NCBI GenBank assembly: GCA_963722725.1
Contig: CAVROB010000013.1
Location: 1,361,859 to 1,393,858, forward strand
DNA: 32,000 bases
Direction: 5' to 3'
Source: an uncultured Acidobacteriota bacterium
GTDB taxonomy: Bacteria; Acidobacteriota; Terriglobia; Terriglobales; Acidobacteriaceae
Under the pieces are notes generated by a model. That model ran no database searches and was not told the DNA's origin. It saw nothing but the letters and a program-made list of their open reading frames with translations. This document shows positions 31,915 to 32,000 of the stretch, one piece after another. The first letter of the stretch is position 1. Each line of letters begins with the position of its first letter. Both the position numbers and the translations under genes were made by a program.

Positions 31915-32000
31915 AGTTTGTACCAAGGTGACTGCTCTCTTTTACGCCGAGCTCAGGCAAGGTCATAGCGATCAAGATTCATGACCTTGTTCCACGCAGC

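Overview
The window looks like a chromosomal segment from a high-GC soil bacterium. Gene content and the abundant PFLAFFARSG-type REP repeats suggest Acidobacteriota, but that is inference. All family calls come from reading motifs by eye; no searches were run.

Layout:
- 1-6.5 kb: a decayed accessory region. It holds mobile-element-type ORFs without clean ends, two membrane proteins, and a P-loop NTPase broken by at least 7 frame changes.
- 6.6-10.1 kb: four SRPBCC/AHSA1 paralogs, two ArsR regulators and a secreted beta-barrel protein.
- 10.2-15.4 kb: the PLP synthase locus pdxS/pdxT with a divergent MocR-type pdxR. pdxS and pdxT are split by a co-directional cassette of a GrlR-like protein, a RelA/SpoT-homologue (RSH) and a non-canonical tRNA.
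- 15.4-20.9 kb: a PaaI thioesterase and an aa3-type cytochrome c oxidase cluster (subunits II, I, two subunit III-type genes, IV, and a small CxxC protein).
- 20.9-23.0 kb: a REP-associated tyrosine transposase (RAYT) flanked by inverted REP hairpins, one of which carries a 1401-bp rve-type IS with a 16-bp target duplication.
- 23.0-26.0 kb: a HAD hydrolase, bshC and a PilZ protein.
- 26.0-27.8 kb: vapC with an unusually long upstream partner, then tmRNA (ssrA).
- 27.8-32.0 kb: an MBL-fold hydrolase, a DJ-1/PfpI protein, a second RAYT embedded in a 135-bp composite repeat family, and a VOC/glyoxalase protein.

The best candidate for an undescribed system is the GrlR-like + RSH + odd-tRNA cassette inside the pdxST operon. 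An inverted partial copy of the tRNA 5' half lies in the pdxT leader.
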